A stretch of 64,000 nucleotides of DNA, taken from the human T2T-CHM13v2.0 reference genome, Homo sapiens. The notes beneath the pieces were generated by a model. The model saw only the letters and a list, made by a program, of their open reading frames with translations. It ran no database searches and was not told the origin of the DNA. The DNA is taken from assembly GCF_009914755.1 (NCBI RefSeq), contig NC_060942.1; one strand, 5' to 3'. Below, in pieces: positions 18,800 to 36,012 of this stretch (position 1 is its first letter; each line of letters opens with the position of its first letter). The position numbers were made by a program, and so were the translations under genes.

Positions 18800-19246
18800 T
18801 GATTGGCCATCTGTCAGGCTATAGGTGACTTCTAGTGTCTAATGAGATCTGAGAGTACTCTCTTCTATGCAGCTTTCTTTGACTATTCCAGTCTTCTTTT
18901 TCTAACTTCTCTGAACTCCTGTTATCTAGGTCTTTGACCACAGTTTTTAACCCCTAAATATTGTTTTGCCAATTAGATTTTAATTTTGTTATATTAAGGA
19001 ATACTTCCTCATATGTGCTCTCCTGCAAGAGGTGCACTCCAGGATGCTCTGGTTAATCTATTACTATCTCAAATTTAAATCCCTTCACCAGAAGCTACAT
19101 TTTTTTCTTTAATGGAGAAATGAGTTTACAAAGACATTCTTTTCTTCCCTCAATGTTCAGAGTTTACAACAAAAGACTTTCATGACCTTCAGGCATAACG
19201 GGTTTGGAGTAAGTGTGGTTGAATGGGTTTCACACTGAGCAAAGTG

Positions 19247-19524
19247 TTTTTTTTTTTTTTTTTGAGACAAAGTTTCCTGTTGCTCAGGCTGGAGTGCAAT
19301 GGTGCGATCTTGGCTCACTGCAACCTCTGCCTCCCAGGTTCAAGCCTCTCAAGTAGCTGGGTTTACAGGCACCTGCCACCATGCCTGGCTAATTTTTGTA
19401 TTTTTAGTAGAGATGGAGTTTCACCTTGTTGGCCAGGCTGGTCTTGAACTCCTGACTCAGGTGATCCACCCACCTTGGCCTCCCAAAGTGCTGGGATTAC
19501 AGGCGTGAGCCACTGCGCCCGGCC
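19247..19524 (-). mobile_element. Alu, antisense, with a small internal deletion
   Basis: ggttcaagcctctcaagtagc lacks the usual gattctcctgcctca segment. Confidence 0.94.
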
Positions 19525-19639
19525 CTGAACAGAGTTTTGAAAATGTTTAGCTCAGTGTGAAACAAGACTGAGTTTTTCTTGGGCGTTGGTATTTATTACT
19601 GGTTTGGAAATCTCATTTGTCATCAGTAGCCTAGCAGAG

Positions 19640-20130
19640 TGAGAAAGACCACAGGTTCTGAAGTCAGGCTGCCTGGGTTCTGATCTGGGCTCCATCACTT
19701 ATCGCTTTGTGCCTCAGTGTCTTTGTCTATGAAATAGGAATGATAATAGTGTTTACCTCCTGATTTGTTGTAAGGATTAATGGAGTTTATATATGTACTT
19801 ACATTTATACACACACATACAATGTTCAGAAGAATTTCTGGGACTTAGAAAATTCTTCATAATTACTGTCTAGTGGTAGTGGTACAGTACAGTCTGTGTG
19901 TACCAGACTTTCTGAGAACGGTTTGACCTGTCTTTTTTAATGGAGGCATACAACTTGGGATCTGAAGGTCAAGATTTGTATTTGAGTTTTATGACTTGCT
20001 AGTTCTGTGTCCTAGGGCAGGTCATGTTTATGCCTCAGTTTCTAGTCAGCCAATGTCAAAAGGCTGTTTTGAGAATCAAAATGAAATAGTATACATAAAA
20101 GCGCTTTATAAACTGTGAAATCCTAGATAA
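19640..20130 (+). mobile_element. Two MIR fragments
   Basis: gtcaggctgcctgggttc ... gtgcctcagt ... atgaaataggaatgataatag, with a second copy near 19950-20130. Confidence 0.65.
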
Positions 20131-20397
20131 ATATGAGGTACTGAAGTCATTGGCCTTTTATTAGTAAATTTTAAAAACTGTGAATGCCTGGGGTAAAGAC
20201 CTGTTTATTATTATTTCGTTATTTCTTTCTTTTCACAGGTGTTGATTGTGTATTATTTTGTAAGCACCTGAATCTAGAGTAGTTATAATAAACTAGTCGT
20301 TTTTTTTTGAAAATAATAAATATTTAAGTAGCTGTAATTCACTCCCAGGAATATATGATTATTTTCAAATTGTTGGTTTTATAACAAAAATATATAA

Positions 20398-20637
<240 letters not shown>

Positions 20638-21114
20638 TGAAATGCCTATTATACATTTTAGATATAAAAATCTACTTATTAGAAGATAATATAGTCCCCG
20701 AATGATGCTTTTGGGCCCACAGTAGATTTTCTGAAAAATGTGTTTTGACTAAAACTAGTAGTATACAGATTCATTATTTACACTATTCATCAGAGTTGAC
20801 TTCTGAGGGCTTTTGGCCATTTTCAATTGTAATATCTACCCTAAGTGACTTACTGTTTTGTTACATTTAAGATTTTTCAAATGATGATGACCCATACTGA
20901 AGAAGGTTTTCCAAAGAGGTTTTAGAAAATTTAAAACACTTAAAACCTTCTATGGTAAATGCTTTGAAGAGGGCAAAACTTTTTACAAAGTATAGATTTT
21001 GTTGTATTGATTAATGACTGTGCCTTTATTGTCATTCCTTACTACTATGGATTGCTCAGTGTGCTCTGCTTCCAGGGCTGTCAGTGGACAGAGCTAGGGA
21101 AATAGGAGCTGGGG

Positions 21115-21140
21115 ACACACACACACACACACACACACAC
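21115..21140. repeat. (AC)13 microsatellite
   Basis: Perfect dinucleotide run in intron 2. Confidence 0.95.
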
Positions 21141-21505
21141 GTTCACACTGATACGTCTAATTCCAACATAACACCACAGCGTTTATCCTACTTTTCTCCT
21201 TTCCATATTTGTAACTCCTTTCTCTGACAACTCTTTCCAGGAATTTGTTGTCAAAGGAAAAAGAGAAAATGGAGTGGTAGCTGGTATGGAATGTGGGGTC
21301 AAGAAAGGTGATTTTTTAAATTACTTTTTTTGGATAATAGCCTTATTGAGATATAATTCACATACTACATAATTAATCTGTTTCAAATGCACGTTTTGAC
21401 GTTTCTTAGTACGTTCATAAAGTTGCGCGGCCATTACCAAGGTCAATTTTAGAACATTTTCATCACTTCCAAAACAAACCCTGTACCCTTTAAATGTCCC
21501 TCCTG

Positions 21506-21791
21506 GGCCAGGCATGGTGGCTCATGCCTGTAATCCCAGCACTTTGTGGGGCTGAGGTGGATAGATTGCTTGAGTCCAGGAGTTTGAGACCAGCCTGGGC
21601 AACATGGTGAAACCCCACCTCTACTGAAAATACAAAAAACTAGCCGGACGTGGTGGTGCATGCCTGTAGTCCCAGCTACTCCAGAGGCTGAGGTGGAAAA
21701 AATCACCTGAGCCCAGGAGGTCCAGGCTACTCGTACCACTGCACTCCAGCCTGGGCAATGGGAGTGAGACCTTGTCTCCAAAAAAAAAAAA
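21506..21791 (+). mobile_element. Alu (AluJ-type), sense, nested in L1
   Basis: ggccaggcatggtggctcatgcctgtaatccc ... A tail. Confidence 0.94.
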
Positions 21792-23020
21792 GTCACTTCT
21801 AATACTCATTCTCCCTAGACCACCACTAATCTACCTTCTGTCACTAACGTCGTGATTATTCTGGACATTTAATATAAATGGAATCATATAACTATAATAT
21901 GTGTTTTTTTATGACTGGCTTTTATCATGTAGCATAATGTTTTTAAGGTTCACCCACATTGTAGCATGTATCAGTACTTCATTTCTTTTTATGGCCAAAT
22001 ATTTCTGGCCCTTATGAGTAATGCTGCTATGAGTATTACACATTTGTGTATGAGTTTTTGTGTGGACACATGATTTCAGTGCACTTAGGTATACACCCGA
22101 GCGTGGAATTGTGGGATCGTATGGTAGGTAACTCTATGTTTAACCTGTTATTTAAGGAACTGCCAGACTGTTTTCCAAAGTAACTACATCATTTTGCATT
22201 CCCATCAGCAGTGCATGAGGGTTCCAGGTTTTCCACATCCTTGTCAATCAATAGCTGTTATCTTTTTGATTCTAGCCCGAATTTTGTGTGTAAAGTGGTA
22301 TCTCATTGTGATTTGGGTTTGAATTTACCTGATGGCTAATGATGTTGAGCTTCTTTTCATGTTCTCATTGGCCGTTTGTGTATCTTCTCTGGCAAACTGT
22401 CTATTCAGAGTCTTTGCCCATTAAAAAAATTTTTAACTTAAAATTTTTTCCTTTGCCCATTTTAAAATTGGGTTGTCTTTTTATTATTGAATCGTAAAAA
22501 TTCTTCATATATTCTAGATACAAATCCCTTAACAGATATAAGATTTACATTTATTTTCTCCCATTTTATCGGTTGTTTTTTCACTTTCTCGATTGTGTCC
22601 TTTGAAGCAGAAAATATTTTAAGTTTGATAAAGTTCAGTTTATCTCTTTTTCCTTTGTTTGCTTATGTTATTGTTGTCATATCTAAGAAACCATTGCTAA
22701 ATCTAAGGTCATGAAGATTTATCCCTGTGTTTTTTTCCTAAGAATTTTATATACTAGTTTTACTTCTTACATTTAGGTCTTCGATCCATATTAGTTAATT
22801 TTTCTGTGGTGTAAGAGAAGGGTTTGACTTCATTCTTTTGCATGTGGCTATCAAATTATCCTAGCACTATTGGTCAGAAGGACTGCTTGTTCTCCATTGA
22901 ATGCTATTGGACTCTTAAGAAAAATCAATTGACCATAAATGTCATGGGTTTCTATCTGGGCTCTCAATTCTATTTTATGGTTCTTTGTATGTGTTCTTAT
23001 CCATATCCTCTAGATGTCTA

Positions 23021-23082
23021 TACTCGCTGTCCTAATTACCGTTGTTTTATATACTCACTGTCTTAATTACTATTGTTTTATA
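23021..23082. repeat. 31-bp tandem duplication within L1
   Basis: tactcgctgtcctaattaccgttgttttata / tactcactgtcttaattactattgttttata. Confidence 0.8.
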
Positions 23083-23774
23083 TTAAGTTTTGAAATCCAG
23101 ATATGTGAGTCCTCCAGTATTGCTCTTCTTTTTCAAGATTGTTTTGGTGGGGTCCCTTGCATTTCCATATGAATTTTAGAATCAGCTTGTCAATTTCTAC
23201 AAAGAAGTCAGTTGGAGCTTTAATAGGGAATATGTTGACTCACTAGATCAATTTGGAGAGTACTGCTATTTTAACCATATCAAATTTTCTGACCCATGAA
23301 CATTGAATGCATTTCCATTTATTTAGATCTTTAGTTTTTTTTCAGCGTTATTTTGTAGTTTTCAGAATATAAGGTTTGTATTACTTTTGTTAAATTTATT
23401 TCAAAGAATTTTATTTTTTGAATCTATTAGATATAGAATTTTTCCATTTATTTTATTTTCAGATTTTTCATTGCTGGTGTATAGAAATAGATTTGAGTTT
23501 GTTTATTCATCTTGTATCTTACAACCTTATTGGACTTATTACTTCTAATAGTTTTTTAGTGGATCCTTTAGGATTTTCTGCATACAAGATAATGTCACTC
23601 TCCAATAGAGATAGTTCTACTTTTTGCTTTCTAATAGGGATGCCTTTTATTTCATTTTTTTGCCTAATGTTCCTGGATGGCACCTCCATAACAATGTTGA
23701 ATAGAAGTGGCAAGAGTGGACATCCTATTTTCGTTCCTAATCTTTAGCAGAGGGAAAGCATCTAGTCTTTCACT

Positions 23775-23943
23775 TTTATTTTTATTATTTTTATTTTTTT
23801 TGAGATAAGGTCTCACTCTGTTGCCCAGGCTGGGGTGCAATGATAGCTTACTGCAGCCTTGATCTCCCAGGTTCAAGTGATCCTCCTGCTTCATCCTCTT
23901 GAGTAGCTGGGTCTACAGGTGCACACTACTACACACCTGGCTA
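23775..23943 (-). mobile_element. Partial Alu (single arm), antisense
   Basis: gagataaggtctcactctgttgcccaggc ... acacctggcta. Marks the junction between two L1 segments. Confidence 0.88.
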
Positions 23944-24654
23944 TTATTGTATTGGGGCCTATCTCTCTTGTTAGCTCTAATAATATTTGCTTTATATATC
24001 TGGGTGCTCTGGTGCTGGGTGAATATATATTTAAAATTGTTATACCCTCTTGCTGAATTGACTCCTTTATCATTATATAGTGACTTTCTCTGTCTCTTCT
24101 TATAGTTTTTGTCTTGAAGTCCTGTTTTGTCTAAGTGTACCTATTCCTGCTTTTTTTGGTTTCCATTGGCATGGAATATCTTTTTTCATCCCTTTATTTT
24201 CAGTCTATGTGTGTTTTTATAGGTGAAGTGTGTTTCTTGTAGGCAAGAGATCATTGGGTCTTGTTTTTTCATCCATTCAGCCACTCTGTCTTTTGATCGG
24301 AGAGGTTAGTCCATTTACATTCAGTGTTATTATTGATAAGTCCTCGTTATTATTGGTAAGTAAGGACTTATTTCTGCTATTTTGTTTTTTGTTTTCTTGT
24401 TGTTTTGTGATATTTATTTCCTTCAGGTCTTCCTTTCAGTGATGGTGATTTACTCAGGTGATACGATTTATTTTCTTGCTTTTTATTTGTTGTGTATCCA
24501 TTGTATGTTTTTTGGTTTGAGATTACCATGAGGCTTGCAGATACTATGTTATAACCCATTATTTTAAGCTGATAATAACACTATTTGCATAAACACAAAC
24601 AAAAAAGGACAACTAATAAAGACTCTACACCTTAACTTCCCTTGCTTTTTAACT

Positions 24655-24862
24655 TTTTTTTTTGTTTTTTTGGTTTTTTTTTTGGGAGACAGGGTCCCAC
24701 TTTGTCACCCAAGCTGGAGTGGAGTGGCATGACCTTGGCTCACTGCAGTCTGTCTTCCTGGGCTCAGGCAGTCCTGCCACCCCAGCCTCCCAAGTATCTG
24801 GGACTACAGGCCCATGTCACTGTGTCAGGCTAAGTGCTGGAATTACAGGCATGAGCCAGGGG
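24655..24862 (-). mobile_element. Degenerate, internally deleted Alu, antisense
   Basis: gagacagggtcccactttgtcacccaagctggagt ... aagtgctggaattacaggcatgagcc. Confidence 0.85.
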
Positions 24863-25276
24863 CCTGTCAGCTTTTTAACTTTTTATTGTTACTAATTATA
24901 TCTTATTGTACCGTCTGTGTCTTGAAACGTTGTAGTTATTTTTGATTGTTTCATTTACTCTTTCTACTTAAGAGTAGTTTACACAACATAGTTACAGTGT
25001 TGCAATATTCTGTGTTTTTCTGTGTACTTACTATTACTGGTGAGTTTGTACCTTCAGATGCTCACTAACATCCTTTTCTTTCTGATCGAAGTACTCCCTT
25101 TTGCATTTCTTGTAGGATAGGTCTAGGATTGATGAAATCCCTTGGCTTTTGTTTGTCTAGAAAGTCTTTATTTCTCTTTCAGGCTTGAGGGATATTTTTG
25201 CTGGATTTACTATTCTTTCCTTTGGTACTTTAAATATGTCATGCCACTCTCCCCTGGCCTGTAAGATTTCCACTGA

Positions 25277-25640
<364 letters not shown>

Positions 25641-26435
25641 TAGGATTCTTTCTTAATCCTTGACCTCTGGGAGTTTGATTATTAAATACCGTGAGGTAGT
25701 CATCTTTGGGTTAAATTTGCTTGGTGTTCTATAAGTACTTGGATATTTGTATCTTTCTCTAGATTTGGGGATTCTTTGTTATTATTCCTTTGTATAAACT
25801 TTCTACCCCTATCTCCTTCTCTGCCTCCTCTTTATGACCAGTAACTCATATATTTGCCCTTTTGAGGCTATTTTCTAGATCCTGTAGGCATGCTTCATGG
25901 CTTTTTATTCTCTTTTCTTTTGTTTCCTTTGACTGTATATTTTCAAATAGGCCATCTTCAAGCTCACTATTTCTTTTCTCTGCTTGATCATTTCCGCTAT
26001 TAAAAGACTCTGATACATTCTTTAGTATGCCAATTGCATTTTCAGCTTCAGAATTTCTGCCAGATTCTTTTTTATTATTTCAGTCTCTTAAATTTGTCTG
26101 ATAGAACTCTGAATTCTTTCTCTGTGTTATCTTGAATTTCTTTGAGTTTTCTCAAAACAGAGAACTCAAACCCTATTTCAAATTATCTGTCTGAACAGTC
26201 ACGTATTTGTTTCTCCCGGATTGGTCCCTGTTGCCTTATTTCCTTCATTTGGTGAGGTTGTGTTTTCCTGGATGGTCTTGATACTTGTAGATGTTTGTCT
26301 TGTCTGGCCATGGAGGAATTAAGTATTTATTGTATTCTTCACTGTCTGGACTTGTTTGTACCTGTCCTTCTTGGGAAGGCTTTCCAGATATGCGAAAGGA
26401 CTTGGGTGTTGTGTTCAAAGCTGTATCTGCTTTAG

Positions 26436-26754
<319 letters not shown>

Positions 26755-27293
26755 CAGCACTGTGGTTCTTGCAGACTTGTAGAGGTACCGCCTTGATGGG
26801 CTTGGACAAGATTCGGGACAATTCTCTGGATTACCAGGCAGAGACTGTTGTTCTCTGTTCATCCTTTCCCCCACACAAATGGAGTCTCTCTCTGTGTCTC
26901 TGTTATGAATTACTTGGACTGGGGGGTGGAATGACACAAGCACCCCTGTGTCCACCTTCACTAGTACTGCACTGAGTCACACCTGAAGCCAGCATAGCAC
27001 TGGGTTTTGCTTAAGGCCTGTTGTAACCACTCCCTGGCTACTGCCTATGTTTGTTTTAAGGCCCTGGGTCTCTACAATCAGCCAGTAGTGAAGCCAGCCA
27101 GGCCTGTGTCTTTCCTTTCAGGGCTAGAAGTTCTCCCAGGCGGCTCCAGCAGTGCTTTGCAAGAGCCAGGGGCTAGAATAAAAAATCTTAGCAGTCTACC
27201 TAGTCTTCTATTGTACTATGGCTAAGCTGACACTCAAATAAAAGGTTAATTTTTAAGTTTGGTACTTAAACTAGCATATTTTTGCATTTCTAG

Positions 27294-27401
<108 letters not shown>

Positions 27402-28039
27402 TAAGTATTTTCTCATTTGCCTCTTTTTCTCATGAGTCTTTATAACTAGCACCAATGCCTTGTAAGTAGCGAGGTATTTTTTTTTTTCTTTTAGAATATC
27501 TCCTAAATAAATGCTTTGTATTGTCTAAATCTAAAGGTAGATATTTAAAATCTGATTTTAGGGATGTAAATTTTATCTGTGTTAATGATTTTATAATACT
27601 TTTATTGTAATTTATGATTATGTCCTTTGGCTTGCTTTTAAGGAACTCAGAATACTATAAAAGTTAAAGCACGATCATTCATCTCCATGTTGTTTTTATT
27701 GAGTTGCCAGACAACTTTGAGATTTCCTTTTAAAAACCTGAATGATGCTAGGCTAGCATAAATTTTGAAGATGATGCCATGAAAAAGTTCATAACGTTAT
27801 ATTGATATGTATTAATACACTAACATAACTATTTGTGTTCCCAAGTCTCAGAATGCAGCTTGCTTTAGAGAGGCAGGTCATTGAACAGTAGTTGTAGAGC
27901 CCAATGTTATTAAATGTTTAAAAAGATTTACAAACAGTTTTCAAAACATTTTTTGGTGCTTAGAAAATTACATATATTTATACAATATACTATTGAAGAA
28001 AGTTGGGGAACTTGAAGAGAATTATATAAGAAATTGTTG

Positions 28040-28338
<299 letters not shown>

Positions 28339-28940
28339 AGAAATTGTTCTCCCCACTGAAGAGAACCTTGTATAATTCATTGGAACAAAAAGAAGCAACA
28401 TAAGCTAAAAATATAGTAGCTGTTGGTCAATTAAAGGATAATTCCCATTAGAATGCATATTTTAAATTGAATGCTCTTTGAAAAATTGTCTTATATAATA
28501 CCATATGAGATATAGAAAATGGTATCTTAAAGAAAACTCTAATAATATCAGGATCATTGCATTTTATTAATTTTTTTTGTTAAATGTATTTCTTCAATAG
28601 ACAAGGCATGTTGACATTTCTAATTTTCAATGTTATATCTTTCAATCTTATATCTAGTTTTTTTGTGTGCATTCAATAAAATTACAATACATACAGAATG
28701 AAAACTGGAATCTGGTATTTTATTTGCAAAAGTTTGAAATTCAGTTGACTTTAACTTTTGTTTTTTGCAGTTTGAAATTCTCTAGCTACCTGGATGACAA
28801 ATATAAAATCTCAGTAGTTTAAATTAGAAGTTTATTTCTTGTTTTTGTCACTTGTCCCTCATGTGTCACTTGAGGCCTCTACTCTGCTTCACTGTTATCC
28901 TTACTTTGAGGTTCAGAGTGAGGGAGCAACCTCTGTGTGA

Positions 28941-29393
<453 letters not shown>

Positions 29394-30641
29394 TAAGTAT
29401 ATAATTTAAAATATTTTTAAAACATTGAGCCTATATTTTTATATGAAAAATGGTGGGTGGTAGTAACAAGACAAGAAAACTAGAATTGAAGCGGTAAAAG
29501 TGTTCCTCGTAAGATGGTACAGTTGGGAGGGGTAAGAAAGGAGAGGAGACTAATGGGGAAAGATACAGGGCAAGCAAATTGCTGCTGCTTCTGCTATTCT
29601 GGGCTACCTTGGTTACCCAAGTGAGAGCCCCTTCACTACTTGGGAAAATGCTCTAGGTCCTAAATAATGGAATTCTTCCTTGCAAAATCCTTTGTGATTC
29701 CACTTGTGATTGACACAAATTGACCTACTTTTTGGACCATATCTTTTTTATTGCTCATGCAGTTGGTCCTTGGACATGTATTTTTAAAACTTTCCAACTC
29801 TTCAGAAGACATGACTGTTTCATATGCCTGGCTTAATATGTAGAGTGTTACACAGGAATTTGTAGTTTCTGACTTACATTCCTGGTATTCTTTTTTACTT
29901 TTTCATAGCTGTCTAATTCTCTGTACTTCAGTTTACTAATTGTTTACTGTGTTGAGTGTTGGAAAAATTATGAATTATATTAAAAATATGATCAATTATG
30001 ATTTCAATGGGAAAGGAAGAGAAGGTAACTCACATTTATTGAGCAGATACAGTGTAGGCATTTCTTGTATTGTGTTTGATTTAGTCCTCCTGACACCCTT
30101 ACATATTAAATAGGAGTATATCATTTTACATATAAGGAAGCTGAGGCCCTGATTATGTTTGAACATCAATCATCCTTCTAAATTGTATTTGCATAACTAG
30201 TAATTATAAGCTTATATTTCCCTATTTCTACTTATTTGAAATTCATGTTATTTTTGTGACCCACCTGAGCTTCCTTTTGATGTGATTTGTAAAGCTGATT
30301 TTATTCAGGTGTTTTATTAATTTATTCAACAGTTCTGTTTTAGATGCTAGAGGGGGATAAAAACAATTATCACGAATTCTATTTCAAAATAATTCAAAAG
30401 GGAGGATAAGATGTTAGGAAAATAATTTTTGTTAGCTATTTAAAAATTTTAATATAACTTAATATATGTGTGTGCACATACACCCATATAATATGTACCA
30501 TTTGGTAAATATCTAAAATTCTTACCGAAGAAGTTGAGCTTTAGGAGAATATTGTAATAACCTTGATGAATGCATATTAATCAAGTATCTAAATTAAAGG
30601 AGAACACTCAGAAATCTTTTTTCCTTTTGGCATGAATGTAG

Positions 30642-30857
<216 letters not shown>

Positions 30858-31809
30858 TAATGTTTAGTTTACTAGAACATTCTACAATTTATCATAAATT
30901 AATACTTTGGGATATATTCTTCTATGTAAGAAATAACTACACCAATAATTTATGGTCTGTTTCTTCCTTCATAAAGAAATCTTTGATTGAATGAAGACTT
31001 AATTGTTGGCTTATCTCCATTCCATGATGTATAGATCATCAGCTTTTGACAGAGTATATGGGTGATTATCTGAAGTGGAGGAAGAATAGCTTAACCTTTG
31101 GGGGTGTAGTTTTACCTTTGGGAAGAGCTGTAGTTTTACCTGTATATTTCTGGGGCCTGGTTCTGTCACTTGCTTAAGAGGCATAGGGAATGTTTCCATT
31201 TCAAATGGGGACAGTGAAAAAGGAGAGATTATACACAGTTAAATTTAATGAAAGTTCCTGGAAGGGGCTGATATGTACTTGATGCTCAATAAATATTATT
31301 ATCTTTTCTTCATTTTTGTTGAAACCTCTTAATAACAACCATAAAAGCAAAAGTAAAGTTGTCAGGAAGAGAGTAATAGTTAATGCAGAACATTGAATGT
31401 CTACTTTTATAAGCCTTTTAAGGAGCATTCTTTTACTTTCAAATGGCTTCATAGTTATGTGCTTCCTATAGAGGCCAGTAAATAACCACCACCACTACCA
31501 CCGGTATCAGCAGCACCATCACCATGAGGACTTTCATTTACTGTGTGTTTACACTACCAAGCACCATGCTAAGCATTTACATATGATCAATTCTCACAAT
31601 ACTTAGTGGGGTAGGTACTGTTAATATTCATCACATAGATGAGGAGAATGATGAGAGTTAGTGTGATGCCATCTTTGCTAAAGGACCCCGGAGTAGTTAC
31701 TTTAACCACTGTGTTACACTGCTTCCCTCCCATTAGTGAATTGCCTTCAACTTTATAGGAGCTTTTGCTTTGTAACCTCTTAGGGTAGGAAAATCAGCAC
31801 ATAGCTTTT

Positions 31810-32275
31810 TATTCAGTAGTCATTCAGCAAATATTTATCGAATGCCTACAGTCTTCCAGGTGCAAGGGATTGAAATATTAATACTTAAGGGAGTCAAATT
31901 CTAGTAAAGGACAATGATATATAAACAAATAACAGTTTAGAGTGCAAAGTGTGCAAGATGGAAAAATAGTATGGAGAGGATGGCAGTGAGGCTGATTGAG
32001 GGCAGTAGAGGGCTGTCCAGATCAGATGAAGTCTGATCTAGGATTTGGAAGATGAGAAAGAGTTTAGCAGACCTGCGATCAGGATGTTTCTGGCAAAGGA
32101 GATAGTCTGTAGGTACAAAAGCATTAAAATTATGATAGGTGTATATGTGAAACTATAGATTATCTTTTTCTGGGACAAGAAGTATGAGGGAAGGAGTGGC
32201 AGGATATAAGGCTGGCAGAGCTGGCAGGAGACAGGTCTTGAAAGCCCTGTGTATCAGCTAGGGAATTCACTTTGT
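31810..32275 (-). mobile_element. L2 3' fragment
   Basis: L2 tail signature cattcagcaaatatttatcgaatgcctac. Confidence 0.65.
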
Positions 32276-32279
32276 GGAT

Positions 32280-32506
32280 CAGGGGTTGTCAAACTTATAC
32301 TGTAAAGGGCCAGATATGAAATATTTTAGGCTCTGCAGGCCATATGGTCCATGTTTCAACTACTCAACTCTGCTGTTTTAGCACAAAAGCAGCCGCAGAC
32401 AATACATTAGTGATTGAGCCTGGCTGTGTTGCGATAAAACTTTATTTACAAAAACAGCCAGTGGGCTGGAGTTGACTCATGAGCTGTAGCTTGCAGGCTC
32501 TCACTG
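32280..32506. mobile_element. MER58A-like hAT-Charlie MITE
   Basis: caggggttgtcaaact ... tgtaaagggccagata ... aactactcaactctgc ... aaactttatttacaaaaacag. Confidence 0.8.
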
Positions 32507-33863
32507 TAGATGATGGGCAGTCTCTGAAGGGACTTATGCTTTAAACTTCAAAGATGGGAGGAAATTAAGAGATTAGTTGCCCAGCTGAGAGTGGTGCAGG
32601 CCTGCACTAAAGTGGACTGTCGGAAGAGTGGATGCACTGGCTTCATTTCCTGCCGCTGTTCTTCAGAGTGTTGGTTCTGGAGTTTGTTAATAGGTATTTG
32701 TCAAAAAGGTGGGATCTCTGGTTAAATATATTTGGGAGATGTTTGGTAAAATAAAATTCAGCAGGCTTCTCTAATGTGAACCTTCTCAGAGAGGTTTTTT
32801 ATGCATATTAGAGAATTACTGCTTTATTCCTAAGCATAACAGTGAGAATGAGATTTGTGTTAATTTTCCAGGCAATAGGGAACTAATCATTCATATATTT
32901 ATCTCTAATATTAGTTACAATGAATCTTTTATTTAAAACAGATCTGTATTTGTGACCAAGCGGTTTGCCTATTTAAAATTTTTATACTCCTTTTATATAT
33001 GTTTACACTGTAGTCTGAACAGAATAGACTGTAACTTAAATCAATTAATTTCAATGCCTTACAGTGCCTAGAGAACTATGTGATATTGATAAGGTTTTTA
33101 TTTAAAGATAACAATTTTTTAAATAACAGTAATAACTCAACTTTATTGAGAATTTAGTATGTGCTGAATGTTTTCCCTTGGCGTGTCTTAATTTTTATAA
33201 CAACCCATTAGGATAGGTACTGTTGTTATTCATTTATATTTGCTTCCAGATAAGAAAATTGTATTTAAGATAGTTTGTTATCTAAAGTTCATTGGTTAAT
33301 TAGTGAAGAAAAATGTGATTTTGCTCTTAACATTCCCCTCCTTCACTCTGGAGCCTACGTTGACTGCTTTCCAATGCTCATCCTCTCAAAATTCCTGTAC
33401 GTGACCCTGGTGCTGTCACTAGTCCCTTACCTGAAGCTTAGGAACTTAGATTTTATATCATATCTTTCTCTTGATCACACTCTGGGGAGGGTGTAATGTG
33501 CAATGAAGTATCTGGAAGGTGGCAAGGTATGTGGGAAAGGGGGAGAAATTTGTGCCTTGAAGAAATGAAGTGCTTGAGCTCATCCATGATAAAGAATTAG
33601 AAGTTGTAAATTTTGAAGTGTATAAGTTCATTGTTAACATAGTAATCAAGAACATTTGAAATTATTAAAAACTTCTTGATTAGAAATAAAAAATTCAATT
33701 AGCTAGAAATAATTTTCCTTGAATTTTAAGTTGTTGGCCATCTTTATTAACTTGTGTTTCAAAACCTGGTTTCTGTTTCATGAAATAGAGAATTATGTTT
33801 TTCTGCTAATTGTAAAACATGCTATTGTTTAATTTTATTCAAGCAAAACATCTTAATATTTAG

Positions 33864-34016
<153 letters not shown>

Positions 34017-34771
34017 TGATTTCTCTGTTTTTATTCTCTGTAGCTCAAAATTTTAGTAATGATATGCCCCTTCCATTTTTTTTAAGGGGGAAGGAAAAAG
34101 TGATTATTTTTTGTTAATTTTCTTATAGGCATAGTATGGAAGATTCTCTAGTATGCTATGGGAGTGAATTTTTTATTTACTTTTAATGGCAACATCTGCT
34201 CTATCATGGATATAAAATAGAGAAACATATTGCGCAGGATATGTAGAGGAGAAACGTAAAAGAGGTGAGGTTCTCCTCAACTGCTTCTGTTTAAATTGAC
34301 TCAAAGGAAAAAAAAATAAAGCAAATCACCACAAAAAATATACAAAGCCATTTTTAGTCATCTATTTCAGTTCTTTGGGCTTGAATTCCTTGTTCTTTTT
34401 TTTATCAATGAGAAAGATGAAGTCTGACAATTTTGATGCTACTCTCTTCAGCTAGGGAATTTTTAGGCATGGAATTCAGGAGAAGATAGAGGAATTAATT
34501 GGATTTTTTAAAAAAGCACATATAGCTACAAAAATTAGGATTAAGGCAGACTTTATCATCTGTCATTACCAGAGTGATGATACTCTGAGTATCATCAGAA
34601 TTGAAATCTCAGGGGATTTTGTAGCAACAGTATTTGTGTCTAGCTGCTTTTAGGGTATATCTTTGCTGCTTTTTACTACCGTGGCGCTTACCTGAGGGGC
34701 TAAAATGATGAACATATGAAGCGATGCCTTTATTTAATTTTGTTGCCTTTATCATTGTGTGATAATTTTAA

Positions 34772-34945
<174 letters not shown>

Positions 34946-35499
34946 TAATTATATAAATAAGAAGCTGTATTTCTATCCTTCAAGACATTGGTTTATCAGA
35001 TTTCCAAAGAACCCTAAAGAAGTACTTGGTGCAAGACTATTTTCATCATTTAGAATTCATGTCTGCTTTTGATATCACATTTTGAGAAGTTGGGACTTGG
35101 CTATATATAGTTGTCTTTTTTTGTTTGTGTTTATGGAATGATTCAATTAGAGACTGTATTTCATTGGTCTTAATTTCTCCTTTTTGCTACTGTTTTAGTC
35201 ACTGTCTTATCAGTACAATATAAGCAGTAGTAGGGAGTTTTCTACAGTTTGGACATTTCTTTGTAGGGTGTTATTAAAGCTAATAGTCAATATTTTCCCT
35301 GGCTTCTTGCAGTTGGAAAGTCTTCTCATATCACTTCAGAGCTAATGATGGAAGAGGTATATTACTTCCACATTGCCAGACTTTAATATTTCCATAATAG
35401 AAAAATAGCGTGTTTTGGGCACTTGCTCTGTGACTAGCACTTTTTTCAAAGCTTGCCATGTATTATTTCTTTTAATCCTTACAACTCTCTGAGGTTAGG

Positions 35500-36012
<513 letters not shown>

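Noticed and set aside
23519-24073. Minus-strand ORFs resembling reverse transcriptase and endonuclease
   Set aside because: Short, frameshifted relics of L1 ORF2 broken by Alus. Not an intact retroelement or a new RT system.
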